From Eledone cirrhosa (Eukaryota): a stretch of 64,000 nt of DNA. Where the stretch lies: NCBI GenBank assembly GCA_964016885.1, contig CAXHJY010000257.1:185360-249359 (forward strand), given 5' to 3'. The notes under the pieces are model-generated. The model worked only from the letters and a program-made list of their open reading frames with translations, had not been told where the DNA came from and made no database searches. The position numbers and the translations under genes were made by a program. Below, piece by piece: positions 12,200 through 24,400 of this stretch (its first letter is position 1; the number at the start of each line of letters is the position of its first letter).

Positions 12200-14140
12200 C
12201 TATATATCATTATAGGCTGAAATCCAAATACAAATTATTGTCCTTAAATGCTTGTAGTTTATGCAACAAGATGCTTCTTTTTGATTCTTACGTAAAAGTA
12301 TCGACCCCGATTTTATTACAGTCACGGAAACATGGGCACATTCTTTACTCTGTGACAGTGTTTTTAGCATAGCCTACTACAACTTGTTTCGCAAAGACCG
12401 CATTAATCATCATGGTAGCAGTGTGATGGTCTACGTTAGTTTAAACTTTTTAGCAATTCCTTGCGATGATTTGAACCAATCACAACAAAAAGTATTTTTC
12501 TGCAATATACATATGACCATGTCAACACTTCTACTTGGAGTTATTTACCCCCCCCCCCCCCCCAATTACCACCAAGACACACAGCTTTTTAATATTCTCA
12601 GAGTTGCTGCTAGGAAAATAGCCACTTATATTTTCATTGCAGGCGACTTCAATTGCCCTGAGATTGATTGGGAAACCTTTTGTTGGCCGCAAAATGCAAA
12701 CAATTTCCTTGAGCTAGTGCTGGGTTTGAACTGGTTCCAAGTAGTCACCTCCCCACAAGAGGTAACACTTTGGATCTACTCCTGAAACGGTTATTAGTGT
12801 CACTACTGAGGAACCTTTAGGTGACTCTAATTATGCTATGATTATTGCCAATCTGTTTCTTATGGGCAGTAACAAAAACTGCAACCATCTCCAAATGACT
12901 GGAATAAAGCAGATCGGAATTCTTACTGCACTGAGCTACAATGCCTAAACTGGCTTGAATTTTACGACTTTGGAGATATGAACACTATACTTCAGATCAT
13001 CTTGAATTCAATATAGATGGCATGTGCAGCATCAGTACCACGTAAGCTCAAAAAACATCCCAAAAGTGCAATTTGGGAGACTGCAGCAGTCTGACTTGCC
13101 AGGAAAGAATGTTGTGATGCTAAATGTGAATACAAACTATATAAATCAGAGGTTAATAGAAAATGCAATAGATCATCTAACCATTTTAAGCAGGTGGCAA
13201 AAAAAAAGAAGGCAGTGCTTGAATTTGAACAGCATATAGCAACCAACCCTGACAGTAAAGTGTTCTTGTAATATGTATGTTCAAAGCAGAGACCTCACTT
13301 TCGAGTTGGTCCTCTTCACAATCCCCACACAGGTCAGATTACTGATGATCCTAAAGAATGTGCAGTACTTATTGCAGTCATTTTTATTGTTGAAAATCAA
13401 AGTGTAGCATCTCCACCATCAAATTCTAAAGCAACTATGGAATTTATACTTGCAATGCTCTTGCCTCAAGTGGGACTACCCCCGTCCAAACCCATGCAAG
13501 CGTGGAACACGGACGTTAAACGTTGATGATGATGATGATGATGAATGCTGTGACACCATTTTAAGAATAAGCGCAACTATGCCTCTCTTGGTTTTGATGG
13601 TGTTATGCACCTGTTTCTCAAACATGGTGGGTACTTCTGCATCAACTTTCACTCTTCTTCCAATTTCTAATTCTGCCTTAACAACGGTGTTACAGAGGAA
13701 TAACATTGGCAGTGGAAAACTGCCAGTGTCATTACTCTGTTCAAAAAGGGTTACGGCACATTGCCTGTCAACTATCGTCCAGTCAGTCTTACTAGCTGCA
13801 TCACCAAACTGATGGAGTCCTTTGTCAGAGAAGCACTATGGAACTTCTCGAATTCTCACAAACTTATCTGGCTCTTGCAATTTGGATTTATCCCCAACTC
13901 CAGCTGCTGTGGTCAACTTATCGAGTTTCTTGAAAACATCATCTGGATCACTGATGGCGGCTCATGGCTGAATGTTATTTACCTTGACTTTGCTAAAGCT
14001 TTCAATTCTATGCCACATAAAAGACTTATGGCAAAACTCTCTGCAATGGGTGTGAGAGATGATCTTTATAATTGGTTGAAGTCCTGTATTCTCAGTCGAA
14101 AAGAGGTAGTCACAGTTCTAAGACAGCATTCTTCACCCTA
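12200..14140 (+). mobile_element. Decayed CR1-type LINE (APE and RT fragments)
   Basis: VTETW, FRKDR, AGDFNCPEIDW, NYRPVSLTS, QFGF and IYLDFAKAF motifs with stops and frameshifts. Confidence 0.85.
13460..13543 (+). mobile_element. ~84-bp RTE 3' end inserted in the CR1 relic
   Basis: Matches the RTE terminus with (GAT)n tail; aatgct duplicated at 13454-13459 and 13544-13549. Confidence 0.8.
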
Positions 14141-14784
14141 TGTTATAATGGTGTGTTACACCTGTTAGTATATCTGTACGAACGAAGGCAAAAAAAAATA
14201 TTCACCAGACATTCGAACTACCAATGAGACCACTACAATGAAACTCTGTATACACACTCTACTGACAGTTCACTTCAGTTATTATTTATAGACATTTTGC
14301 CAGTTTCTCTTTAGATGATTGTCATCTTCTAACAATCCCCTTGTCAAACATGCTTCTCTAAATGTATTATAGAGAATACCCTCGTGTTTTTACGTCTCTG
14401 AAAGACTTTGGACCTCTAACTACGTTCAGCAATAATCTGTTTGATTAGGTGGTACAGTGTAAATTCTAGAACATGTTTGCACAAATCTACCATTCAATCT
14501 TCTTTTCCATGTTTTATTGGAAGTAAGGGTATAATGAGATGGAATATCGTTATATAGGAAACCTTTTGTATATTGTTATATTGGTGTGTCACACCCGTTT
14601 TGTATATCTGTACGAACGAGGGTAAACCAAAGTATTCATCAGACGTAAATTCGAACTACCAACGAAACACTATGAGAGACTACGTACATACAGTCTACTG
14701 ACAGTTCACTTCAGTTATTTATAAACATGTTGCTTAGTTCAATTTTAGTTACGCGGATGTGTTCAGGGTTTTTCCCCTACAACA
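14141..14784. repeat. Duplicated LTR-like segment next to the Gypsy integrase
   Basis: tgttata.tggtgtgt.acacc...ctgtacgaacga...actgacagttcacttcagttatt at ~14141 and ~14574; TG...CA ends. Confidence 0.5.
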
Positions 14785-15199
14785 TCTTTGTTTTTGAGAT
14801 TCCTCTTCCTCGGACGTGTGGATATATATATATATAATCAAGGTTTAGCAAATAAGAAAAAGTTTTAAAATAAATTTTAAAAAGTTCACTGTACCCGCTA
14901 TAATTACCCTTACCGCGCGGTTTCAAGTGTCAAAATAAATGGATAATCCATGCGGAAATCCATTGAGAAGAAGACTTTCGTCAGAGGGTTCTTCTCACTC
15001 GGAGAATATAAAATTGCAGAGTTCAAATCACGAACTGGCACTATACAGAACTGTTCCCGGATGAGAGTGTATGATGAAGAAACAATTTTGTCTAGTGCCA
15101 TGTGTAAAGATAGAAGGCATATATAATTTTTTTTTTTTTTTTTTTTTTTTGCAGTTTTCACCCAACCTCTCCCTTTTTGAGAACTAAACTGTCTGGAGC

Positions 15200-16140
15200 T
15201 TAATAAAACGTTTTGGATCCACTTCTAATAATTCCGTATGTTTCCTTTTCCTCGTACTCATCCGCGTAGGTTCAACAATTTCTTTGGGGGTTGGCATATC
15301 GAAAATATGTTATAACACTCATTGGTTCTTCATTTCTCGTGACCCTTTCTTCAGCAAACCTTTTTTTTTAACCGATTTATATGTCTCTTATGTTCCCATT
15401 TGTGACCTTTTACCATATACAACATTTTTCCAATTCGATTAATTATCACGCCAACTTCCCACATTTCTTTACCATTTTTATACATTCTAAAAAATACTTT
15501 GGCACCAATTTTGAAATATTTTGTATTATTTTTGTTATATGATATTTTTCTTTTTCGACCCGGTAACAATTTATCAAACACTGACTTAATCTTCCTTGCA
15601 AACATCAATTCTGCAGGTGCCATGCCTGCAGGGGTATTAGGATTAGGCGTTACCCGGTATACTCATAAGAATTGTTGAAATGCTAAATCATCATTGTTTG
15701 CTTAATGTATCCACAATTAAATGTATCCACAATCCGTTCTGCTTGTCCATTTGACTTTGGGTGATATGGCAGAATGATTCAATAGAGAACATTTTACAAA
15801 TTGTGTCCCATTATCAGAAACTGTGGTATCAGGAATACCATATCTTGCAAACAATTACTGTAACTGAGGAGGTTGGTTTTTTACACTTGCAGATTTCAGG
15901 CCACTTAGTAAAGCTCTCTACCACAACAAGATAATGATCCGTTTAGTGGACCTGCAAAATCTATATGTAGTTTGGCTGAGGTTGAAATTTTGTGGTAGGC
16001 GATTTTACTGCTAGAGCACAACCTCTGCAAGATTTTACCAACTTTTCAATCTCTTGGTCCATTTTGGGCCAGTATACATATTCTCATAAGAGCTTTCATT
16101 CTTGATATTCCTGGATGACCAATGTGAAATTATTTTAATA
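15200..16140 (-). mobile_element. Gypsy LTR retrotransposon integrase remnant
   Basis: Minus strand HPGISRMKAL, YVYWP, HIDFAGP, KWPEI, GIPDT.VSDNGTQF, YRVTPN and PAELMFAR. Confidence 0.85.
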
Positions 16141-16690
16141 TTCTCAGACCCCCCGTCCACGCCTGATCGCAAGTATAAAATAAATCTTGCTAGTCCCAAG
16201 GACAGAATTTATCTATCCAATCTATCTTACAGGTGATCTGTCGATTTTGAGAATGTAAGCAATACTTGTCTTTTCTTCTATCCGTAGTCTTCTAAATAAG
16301 CAGTGTTTTAAACTCTTAGTTATGCAAGTCTAAAATTCAAATTCTCCGTTTATTTATATTTACATGTTTTTAATATGTCTCAAGCTGTTGGCTGTTGGTC
16401 CCTTCCTAAAAATTAACCTTCTAGTATTGTTATTGAATAATTATTCTAGAACCTTCCTGCATCTCGCTCCCTGCTCGTAAACACTTGCTCCTTCTCTCAG
16501 ACCCCCCCCCCCCACCTGATCGCAAGTATAAAATAAATCTTGCTAGTCCCAAGGACAGAATTTATCTATCCAATCTATCTTGCAGGCGATTTGTCGATTT
16601 TGAGAATGTAAGCAATACTTGTCTTTTCTTCTATCCGTAGTCTTCTAAATAAGCAGTGTTTTAAACTCTCAGTGTTTTAAACTTTCAGTG
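16141..16690 (+). repeat. ~350-bp direct repeat (1.5 copies) upstream of the RTE ORF
   Basis: tctcagacccccc...cctgatcgcaagtataaaataaatcttgctagtcccaaggacag... at ~16142 and ~16494, nearly identical over ~185 bp. Confidence 0.8.
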
Positions 16691-16868
16691 TTTTAAGTTC
16701 TCTAACAAATCAGTATAGTAAAGTTACTACTCCTTAAGTTTAGACCTGTTTGATGGGTTGACTGCAGAAATTTGAAAAGTCTAAGCACTCAATGACAATG
16801 TCACAGATAAAGATAAATTCACCCCCCGCTGCAAGACGGGAATACAAGGACCCCTCTTTATTTCAGAC

Positions 16869-19800
16869 ATGGATGACCAACAAAATTCCGTCTCCTATTC
16901 CCCCCCTCCAACCCATCCATCCCATCCTCCCAACTTCAGAGTTGGTACCATGAACGTAGGCACATTGAAAGGTCGCTCAAATGAGGTTGTAGAGATGCTT
17001 GAACGTAAAGAAGTTAATGTTTGTTGTATTCAAGAGACTAGGTGGAGAGGGGGGTCTGCCAGATTCATCGTGGGTAAAAAACGATGCTATAAACTTTTCT
17101 GGGTGGGAAACGACAACGGACTGGGTGGAGTAGGAATTATGTTAGCTGAAAAATGGGTAGATAAGATAATCGACGTAAACAGAGTAAATAACAGAATAAT
17201 ATCCGCTGTGACAATAATATCCGCTTACGCACCCCAATCTGGTCTACTTGACGTTATAAAGGACAGGTTCTATGAGATGCTAATGCACACTACCCAAATA
17301 AGCGACAGCGACTACCTAATTATTGCTGGCGATCTAAACGGCCACGTTGGACAACATAGTGATGGCTATGATGGAATCCATGGAGGCTATGGGGTTGGAA
17401 ATAGAAATGAGGAAGGCTTCAGAATCCTGGAATTCTGTGATGCCAATAACCTAACTATCTGTAACACAAACTTCAAAAAACATGAAAACCACTTGATCAC
17501 CTATAGATCAGGGGAACACACCAGCCAGATAGATTATATCCTTACTAGAAGACGGGACAAAGTGTCTTGTAAACAGAGACGTGCGATATAGAGGAACAGT
17601 GGCAATTCTTGAAAGTGAACCTGCTGAAAGCAACGGATGAAATTTGTGGCTGGAGCAGACCTATTGGCAGGAGGAGAGTAACTTGGTGGTGGAACAGTAA
17701 GGTAGAAGAGACAATCAAAGCCAAAAAGCAGGCTTGGAAAGTATGGCAGGATGGGGGAAGTAGAGAGCACTATCAAGTGGCCAGGAGAAAAGCTAGGAGA
17801 CAGGTGTACTTTGCAAAAAGGGAAGCAGAGGATAGAAAGTTCAAGCATGTTCTACAACGCGAGGTGTTCAGGATTGCTAGACAATGTGTCAAGGAAAACC
17901 GTGATATTGTCGGGGAGAAGTGTGTCCGTAATGATAATGGTGTACTTGCCCTCACTGATGCTGATAAGAAGATAGCCTGGAAGTGTCACTACGAGAGACT
18001 ATTATATGAGGAGAATAAGTGGTAAAATGATAGTCTGCCCCAAATCGATCCAATAGAAGGACCAGCGGTGCAAGTTAAAGGTAGTATAATAAGTAAGGCA
18101 ATCAAAGATATGAAGACAGGCAAAGCAGCTGGGCCTTGGGAGATAGTTGCTGAGATGTTGAAGGCATCTGGAATGGTGGGACATACTATGGTCACCCGTA
18201 TAGTTAACCAAGTAATACAGAATGGGGTTATACCAAAAGACTGGCATAGCAGCATCATCATTAACTGCTACAAGGGTAAAGGAGATGCACTAGATAGAGG
18301 AAACTATAGAGGCATTAAGTTAATTGACCAGGTCATGAAGGTCACAGAAAGAGTTATAGCGCAACTAATCAGAGAGCGAATTGATCTAGATGAAATGCAG
18401 TTTGGGTTTGTGTCAGGTAAAAGTACCACAGACGCTCTTTTCCTTGTACGACAACTACAAGAGAAGTACCTAGTTAAAAGTAAACCCCTCTACTTAGCTT
18501 TTGTAGACCTGGAAAAAGATTTGACAGAGTCCCCTGCTCCATTATCTGGTGGGCTCTTAGAAAACTAGGTGTAGATGAATGGCTTGTGAGAACTATACAA
18601 GCTATGTATAATGAAACAGTCAGTAAGGTTAGAATTAACAATGAATATTGTGTAAAAGTTGGTGTTCACCAAGGCTCTGTCCTTAGCCCCCTCCTATTTA
18701 TTATTGCCCTTCAGGCAATAACAGAGGAGTTCCAGACCGGCTGCCCATGGGAACTCCTATACGCAGATGATCTAACGCTCATAGCTGAATCAAAGGCTGA
18801 ACTAGAAAAGAAATTCCAAACATGGAAGCATGGCCTAGAATCAAAAGGCCTTAAAGTTAACTTGTCTAAGACTAAAGTCCTAGTTTGTAGATAGGAAAAT
18901 GAGGCACAGGTACCCTCAGGGAAATGGCCTTGTTCAGTGTGTAGGAAAGGAGTAGGCATAAATTCAATTTTATGTCCCAAATGCAAAGTATGAGTACATA
19001 AAAGATGTAGTGGGATCACAGGTAAACTATCTAAGAACGTAGACTTTATATATGGCCAATGCTCAGGTGCAATAGGTAGCAAGTGTCCACAGGATACTAG
19101 CCCCTTCTATTGCCCAGATGGTTCTATAGAAATAGTAGACACTTTCTGTTACCTGGGTGACGAAATCAGCAGTGGTGGAGGGTGTTCTGAAAGTACAGTA
19201 GCCAGAGTCAGAACGGGATGGAAAAAGTTCAGAGAGCTTATACCGCTGTTGGCCACAAAAGGTTTCTCTCTAAAAATGAAAGGCAGATTGTATGATGCTT
19301 GTATACGCACAGCAATGCTACATGGCAGTGAGACCTGGGCATTGCGTGCAGAGGACCTGCGTAGACTGGAAAGGAACGAAGCATGCATGCTTCGTTGGAT
19401 GTGTAATAGTAATATACGTGAACGGCAAAGCATAAATGAACTAAGTGAGAAATTAGGAATAAGAGGGATCAGATGCTGTTTACTCGAGAGAAGACTACGT
19501 TGGTATGGCCACGTGATGCGCATGAAAGACGAGAGCTGTATAAAAAAGTGCAGGGCGATCAAAATTGATGGTAGACCCAGAAAAACCTGCGACGATCTGA
19601 TAAATTCCGACCTTACACACTTGCACCTCTCTCAGACAATGTCACTGGACCGAGAACTTTGGCGCTACGCAGTAATATATTGCCTATGTACAAAGCGAAA
19701 CCTACAGTCAGTAGGCACGTCTTAACCAAATATACACCCCAATCCACTACCCCTACCCATCCTCCCACTCCCACCAACACCACCCTCTCTCTATAAAGTT

Positions 19801-20109
19801 GGTACCACAACATCCAGTCCAAATAAATGAGATAAATGAGATCGAGATCGTGTAGGTGTCACGAGAAAAAAACACACAGTCCACGCTGTAATGTGGCCGT
19901 GTAGGTAACACGGTGAAAAGTTCCCAGTTCCACACTGTAAATGTGGTTGGTGTTAGGAAGGGCATCCAGCCGTAGAAAACCTGCCAGATAGTCCTATATG
20001 AGCGAGACACGGTCACCCGACCAACCCTGCCTCAAGTGGGACAACTCCCGTCTAACCCATGCTAGCGTGGAAAGTAGACGTTAAACGAGAATGATGATGA
20101 TGATGATGA
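16869..20109 (+). mobile_element. Nearly full-length decayed RTE-clade LINE
   Basis: APE motifs (NVGTL, IQETRW, GDLNGHVG, IDYIL), RT motifs (QGSVLSP, YADD), 3' UTR and (GAT)n tail; stops, frameshifts and deletions. Confidence 0.93.
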
Positions 20110-20880
20110 TTCGCTTTTATAGTGTGACCGGTATTACTACTCTTTATGCATGCATCAGTACATTGTCACAAATTCAGTATGGTTTTGAATCTTGGTTGAA
20201 TCCTGGAAAGTGCATATTTTATTTATTTTTTCTGCTCTCAGCAATCTTTGCATTTTTGTAATAAAAACGTGTTTAATTTTATTTCTTCTAAGGTAACAGG
20301 TAATTCCCATACTATGTTACACAATATACTTTTTATTTCCTTTTCAGCTCTTAATGCCGAGATCACTGTGTCTTCAAATTGTTCACTATTTTTAGGTATC
20401 AATCTTGATGGACCATCATCATGGCCAAATTTTTGAATGGTAGATACTCCATCTTAAAATCATAATTTAATAAAATGGTGCTCTAGCGCTGTAATATATT
20501 TGCTGTATCCCGAGGGAATTCTCTTCTTTGATCTGTAAATTGACAACAAAGAGCAGTGATCAGTCTGTAAACAAAACTCCTATGAATAAACTTGTGAAAT
20601 TTTTTCACAGCAAAAATTATTGTAACACCTCTTTTTCAATTTGGCTGTAATTATGTTCTGCTGGTAGTAGAGAACGTGAGGCATGAGCTACGGCTTTTGT
20701 GCTACCATCATCATATTTGTGCAGACTCACGGCTCCAATACCATACTCACTAGCATCTGAAGCCAATACAATTTCTATTTTTGGGTCAAAATGCGCTAAT
20801 GATAAGTCTGACGTTGTTTTTTATTTTTTTAAACACCTTCTGGCACATATCAGTCTAATTCCACTAAGATTTACTAAGTG
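20110..20880 (-). mobile_element. Gypsy RT/RNase H remnant, the upstream part of the element at 15200-16140
   Basis: Minus strand [24 protein letters not shown] and AVKKFHKFI; collinear with the integrase across the RTE insertion. Confidence 0.8.
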
Positions 20881-21218
20881 GTACAGTTGCAACAACAACA
20901 GTTAATAGAACTAATACTGAAGAAAACGGAAAATACATCAAGTTCTGAGTTCAAATCCTGCCGAGGTTAACTTTGCATTACGGGGTCAATAAAATAAAGT
21001 ACCAGTAATGCACTGGGGAAATTGCTGGCATTGTGCCAAAAGAAGAAACAGTTATTTTTATGACCATATTTCTAATAAAATACACTCTATTTCTATGAAT
21101 TAATGAAGATTTTAAAGGGATTTACTAAAATTATTATTTTATTATTAAAATGGTTACAGAGTCAACACACATACATGAATGAATATAAATATATGTTATT
21201 TATGCTTCTATATTACAG

Positions 21219-21333
21219 ATGCTTTTGTTATTTTATGGAAAATGGGTGATACAGTTTGTGGAAATGTTGGCAACATATTTCAGGAGGAAGAGGAAGACAA
21301 CAAGGAAACATGGCATCTATATAAAGTCCTCAG
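21219..21333 (+). CDS. CHAF1B: CHAF1B coding exon 4 (D-AFVILWKMGDTVCGNVGNIFQEEEEDNKETWHLYKVL-R)
   Basis: ttacag/gttagc boundaries with consistent phase; matches the acidic loop and NKExW..K.LR motif. Confidence 0.9.
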
Positions 21334-21413
21334 GTTAGCTGAAGGGTTAGAGTCTCTTCTTTGCTCTTACACAACAAATCTTTACAGACATTTTGGAGTA
21401 ATCATAGCTCTAC

Positions 21414-24400
21414 CTATAGTCTTCTCTGTGTCTATAACCATGTCTGTCTGTCTATAGCCATATCTGTCTCTGTCTATAGCCATGTCTGTCTGTGTCTATA
21501 GCCATCTCTGTCTCTGTCTATAGCCATGTCTGTCTGTGGCTATAGCCATGTCTGTCTGTGGCTATAGCCATGTCTGGCTGTGTCTTTAACCATGTCTGTC
21601 TGTGTCTATAGCCATATATGTCTGTGTCTATAGCAATGTCTGTCTCTGTCTATAGCCATGTCTGTCTGTGTCTATAGCCATGTCTGTCTGTGTCTATAGT
21701 TGTGTCTGTCTGTGTCTATAGCAATGTCTGTCTGTGTCTATAGCAATGTCTGTCTGTGTCTATAGCAATGTCTGTCTGTGTCTATAGCAATGTCTGTCTG
21801 TGTCTATAGCAATGTCTGTGTCTATAGCCATGTCTGTCTGTGTCTATAGCAATATCTGTCTGTGTCTATAGCAATATCTGTCTGTGTCTATAGCCATGTC
21901 TGTTTGTGTCTATCGCCGTGTCTGTCTGTGTCTGAAGCAATGTCTGTCTGTGTCTATAGCCGTGTCTGTTTGGGTTTATAGCCATGACTGTGTCTATAGC
22001 CATGTCTGTCTGTGTTTATAGCCATGTCTGTCTGTGTTTATAGCAATGTCTGTCTGTCTTTAACCATGTCTGTCTGTCTATAACCATGTCAGTCTGTGTC
22101 TATAGCCATGTCTGTCTGTGTCTATAGCAATGTCGGTCTGTGTCTATAGCCAAGTCTGTCTCTGTCTATAGTCATGTCTGTCTGTCTATAGCCATGTCTG
22201 GCTGTGTCTATAGCCATGTCTGTCTGTGTCTATAGTCATGACTGTGTCAATAACCATGTCTGTCTGTGTCTATAGCCATGTCTGTCTGTGCCTATAGCCA
22301 AGTCTGTTTGTGTCTATAGCCAAGTCTGTTTGTGTCTATAGCCATGTCTGTCTGTGTCTGTAGCAATATCTGTCTGTGACTATAACCATGTCTGTCTGTG
22401 TCTGTAGCAATGTCTGTCTGTGTCTATAGCAATGTCTGTCTGTCTCTATGGCAATGTCTGTCTGTGTCTACAGCAATGTCTGTGTCTATAGCCATGTCTG
22501 TCTGTGTCTATAGCCATGTCTGTTAGTGATTATAACAATGTTTGTCTGTGTCTATAGCCATGTCTGTCTGTGTCTATAGCCGTGTCTGTCTGTGTCTATA
22601 GCCATGTGTCTGTGTCTATAGTCAAGTCTGTTTGTGTCTATAGCCATGTCTACCTGTGTCCATAGCCATGTCTGTCTGTCTATAGCCATGTCTGTCTGTG
22701 TCTATAGCCAAGTCTGACTGTGTCTATAGCCGTGTCTATCTGTGTCTATAGCCATGTCTGTCTGTGTCTATAGCCAAGTCTGTTTGTGTCTATAGCCATG
22801 TCTGTCTGTGTCTATAGCCATGTCTGTCTGTGTCTATAGCCATGTCTGTCTCTGTCTATAGCCATGTCTGTCTCTGTCTATAGCCATGTCTGTCAGTGTC
22901 TATAGCAATGTCTGTCTGTGTCTATAGCCATGTCTGTCTGTGACTATAACCATGTCTGTCTGTGTCTGTAGCAATGTCTGTCTGTGTCTGTAGCAATGTC
23001 TGTCTGTGTCTATAGCAATGTCTGTCTGTGTCTATAGCAATGTCTGTCTGTGTCTATAGCAATGTCTGTCTGTGTCTATAGCAATGTCTGTCTGTGTCTA
23101 TAGTCATGTCACTCTGTGTCTATAGCCATGTCAGTCTGTGTCTATAGCCATGTCTGTCTGTGTCTATAGCCATGTCTGTCTGTGTCTATAACCATGTCTG
23201 TCTGTGTCTATAGCAATGTCTGTCTGTATCTATAGCAATGTCTGTCTGTGTCTATAGCAATGTCTGTCTGTGTCTATAGCAATGTCTGTCTGTGTCTATA
23301 GCAATGTCTGTCTGTGTCTATAGCAATGTCTGTCTGTGTCTATAGCAATGTCTGTCTGTGTCTATAGCAATGTCTGTCTGTCTGTCTCTATGGCAATGTC
23401 TGTCTGTGTCTACAGCAATGTCTGTGTCTATAGCCATGTCTGTCTGTGTCTATAGCCATGTCTGTTAGTGATTATAACAATGTTTGTCTGTGTCTATAGC
23501 CATGTCTGTCTGTCTATAGCCGTGTCTGTCTGTGTCTATAGCCATGTGTCTGTGTCTATAGTCAAGTCTGTTTGTGTCTATAGCCATGTCTACCTGTGTC
23601 CATAGCCATGTCTGTCTCTGTCTATAGCCATGTCTTTCTGTGTCTATAGCAATGTCTGTCTGTGCCTATAGCCATGTCTGTCTGTGACTATAACCATGTC
23701 TGTCTGTAGCCAAGTCTGTTTGTGTCTATAGCCATGTCTGTTTGTGTCTATAGCCATGTCTGTCTGTGTCTATAGCCATGTCTGTCTCTGTCTATAGCCA
23801 TGTCTTTCTGTGTCTATAGCAATGTCTGTCTGTGCCTATAGCCATGTCTGTCTGTGACTATAACCATGTCTGTCTGTGTCTGTAGCAATGTCTGTCTGTG
23901 TCTATAGCAATGTCTGTCTGTGTCTATAGCAATGTCTGTCTGTGTCTATAGCAATGTCTGTCTGTGTCTATAGCAATGTCTGTCTGTGTCTATAGTCATG
24001 TCACTCTGTGTCTATAGCCATGTCAGTCTGTGTCTATAGCCATGTCTGTCTGTGTCTATAGCCATGTCTGTTTCTTTCTATAGCAATGTCTGTCTGTGTC
24101 TATAGCAATGTCTGTCTGTGTCTATAGCAATGTCTGTCTGTGACTATAGTCATATCACTCTGTGTTTATAGCCATGTCAGTCTGTGTCTATAGCCGTGTC
24201 TGTCTGTGTCTATAGCCATGTCTGTCTGTGTCTATAGCAATGTCTGTTTGTGTCTATAGCCATGTCTGTGTCTATAGCCATGTCTGTCTCTATATCCATG
24301 TCTGTCTTTGTCTATAGCCATGTCTGTCTGTGTCTATAGCGATGTTTGTCTGTGTCTATAGCCATGTCTGTCTGTGTCTATAACAATGTCTGTCAGTGTT

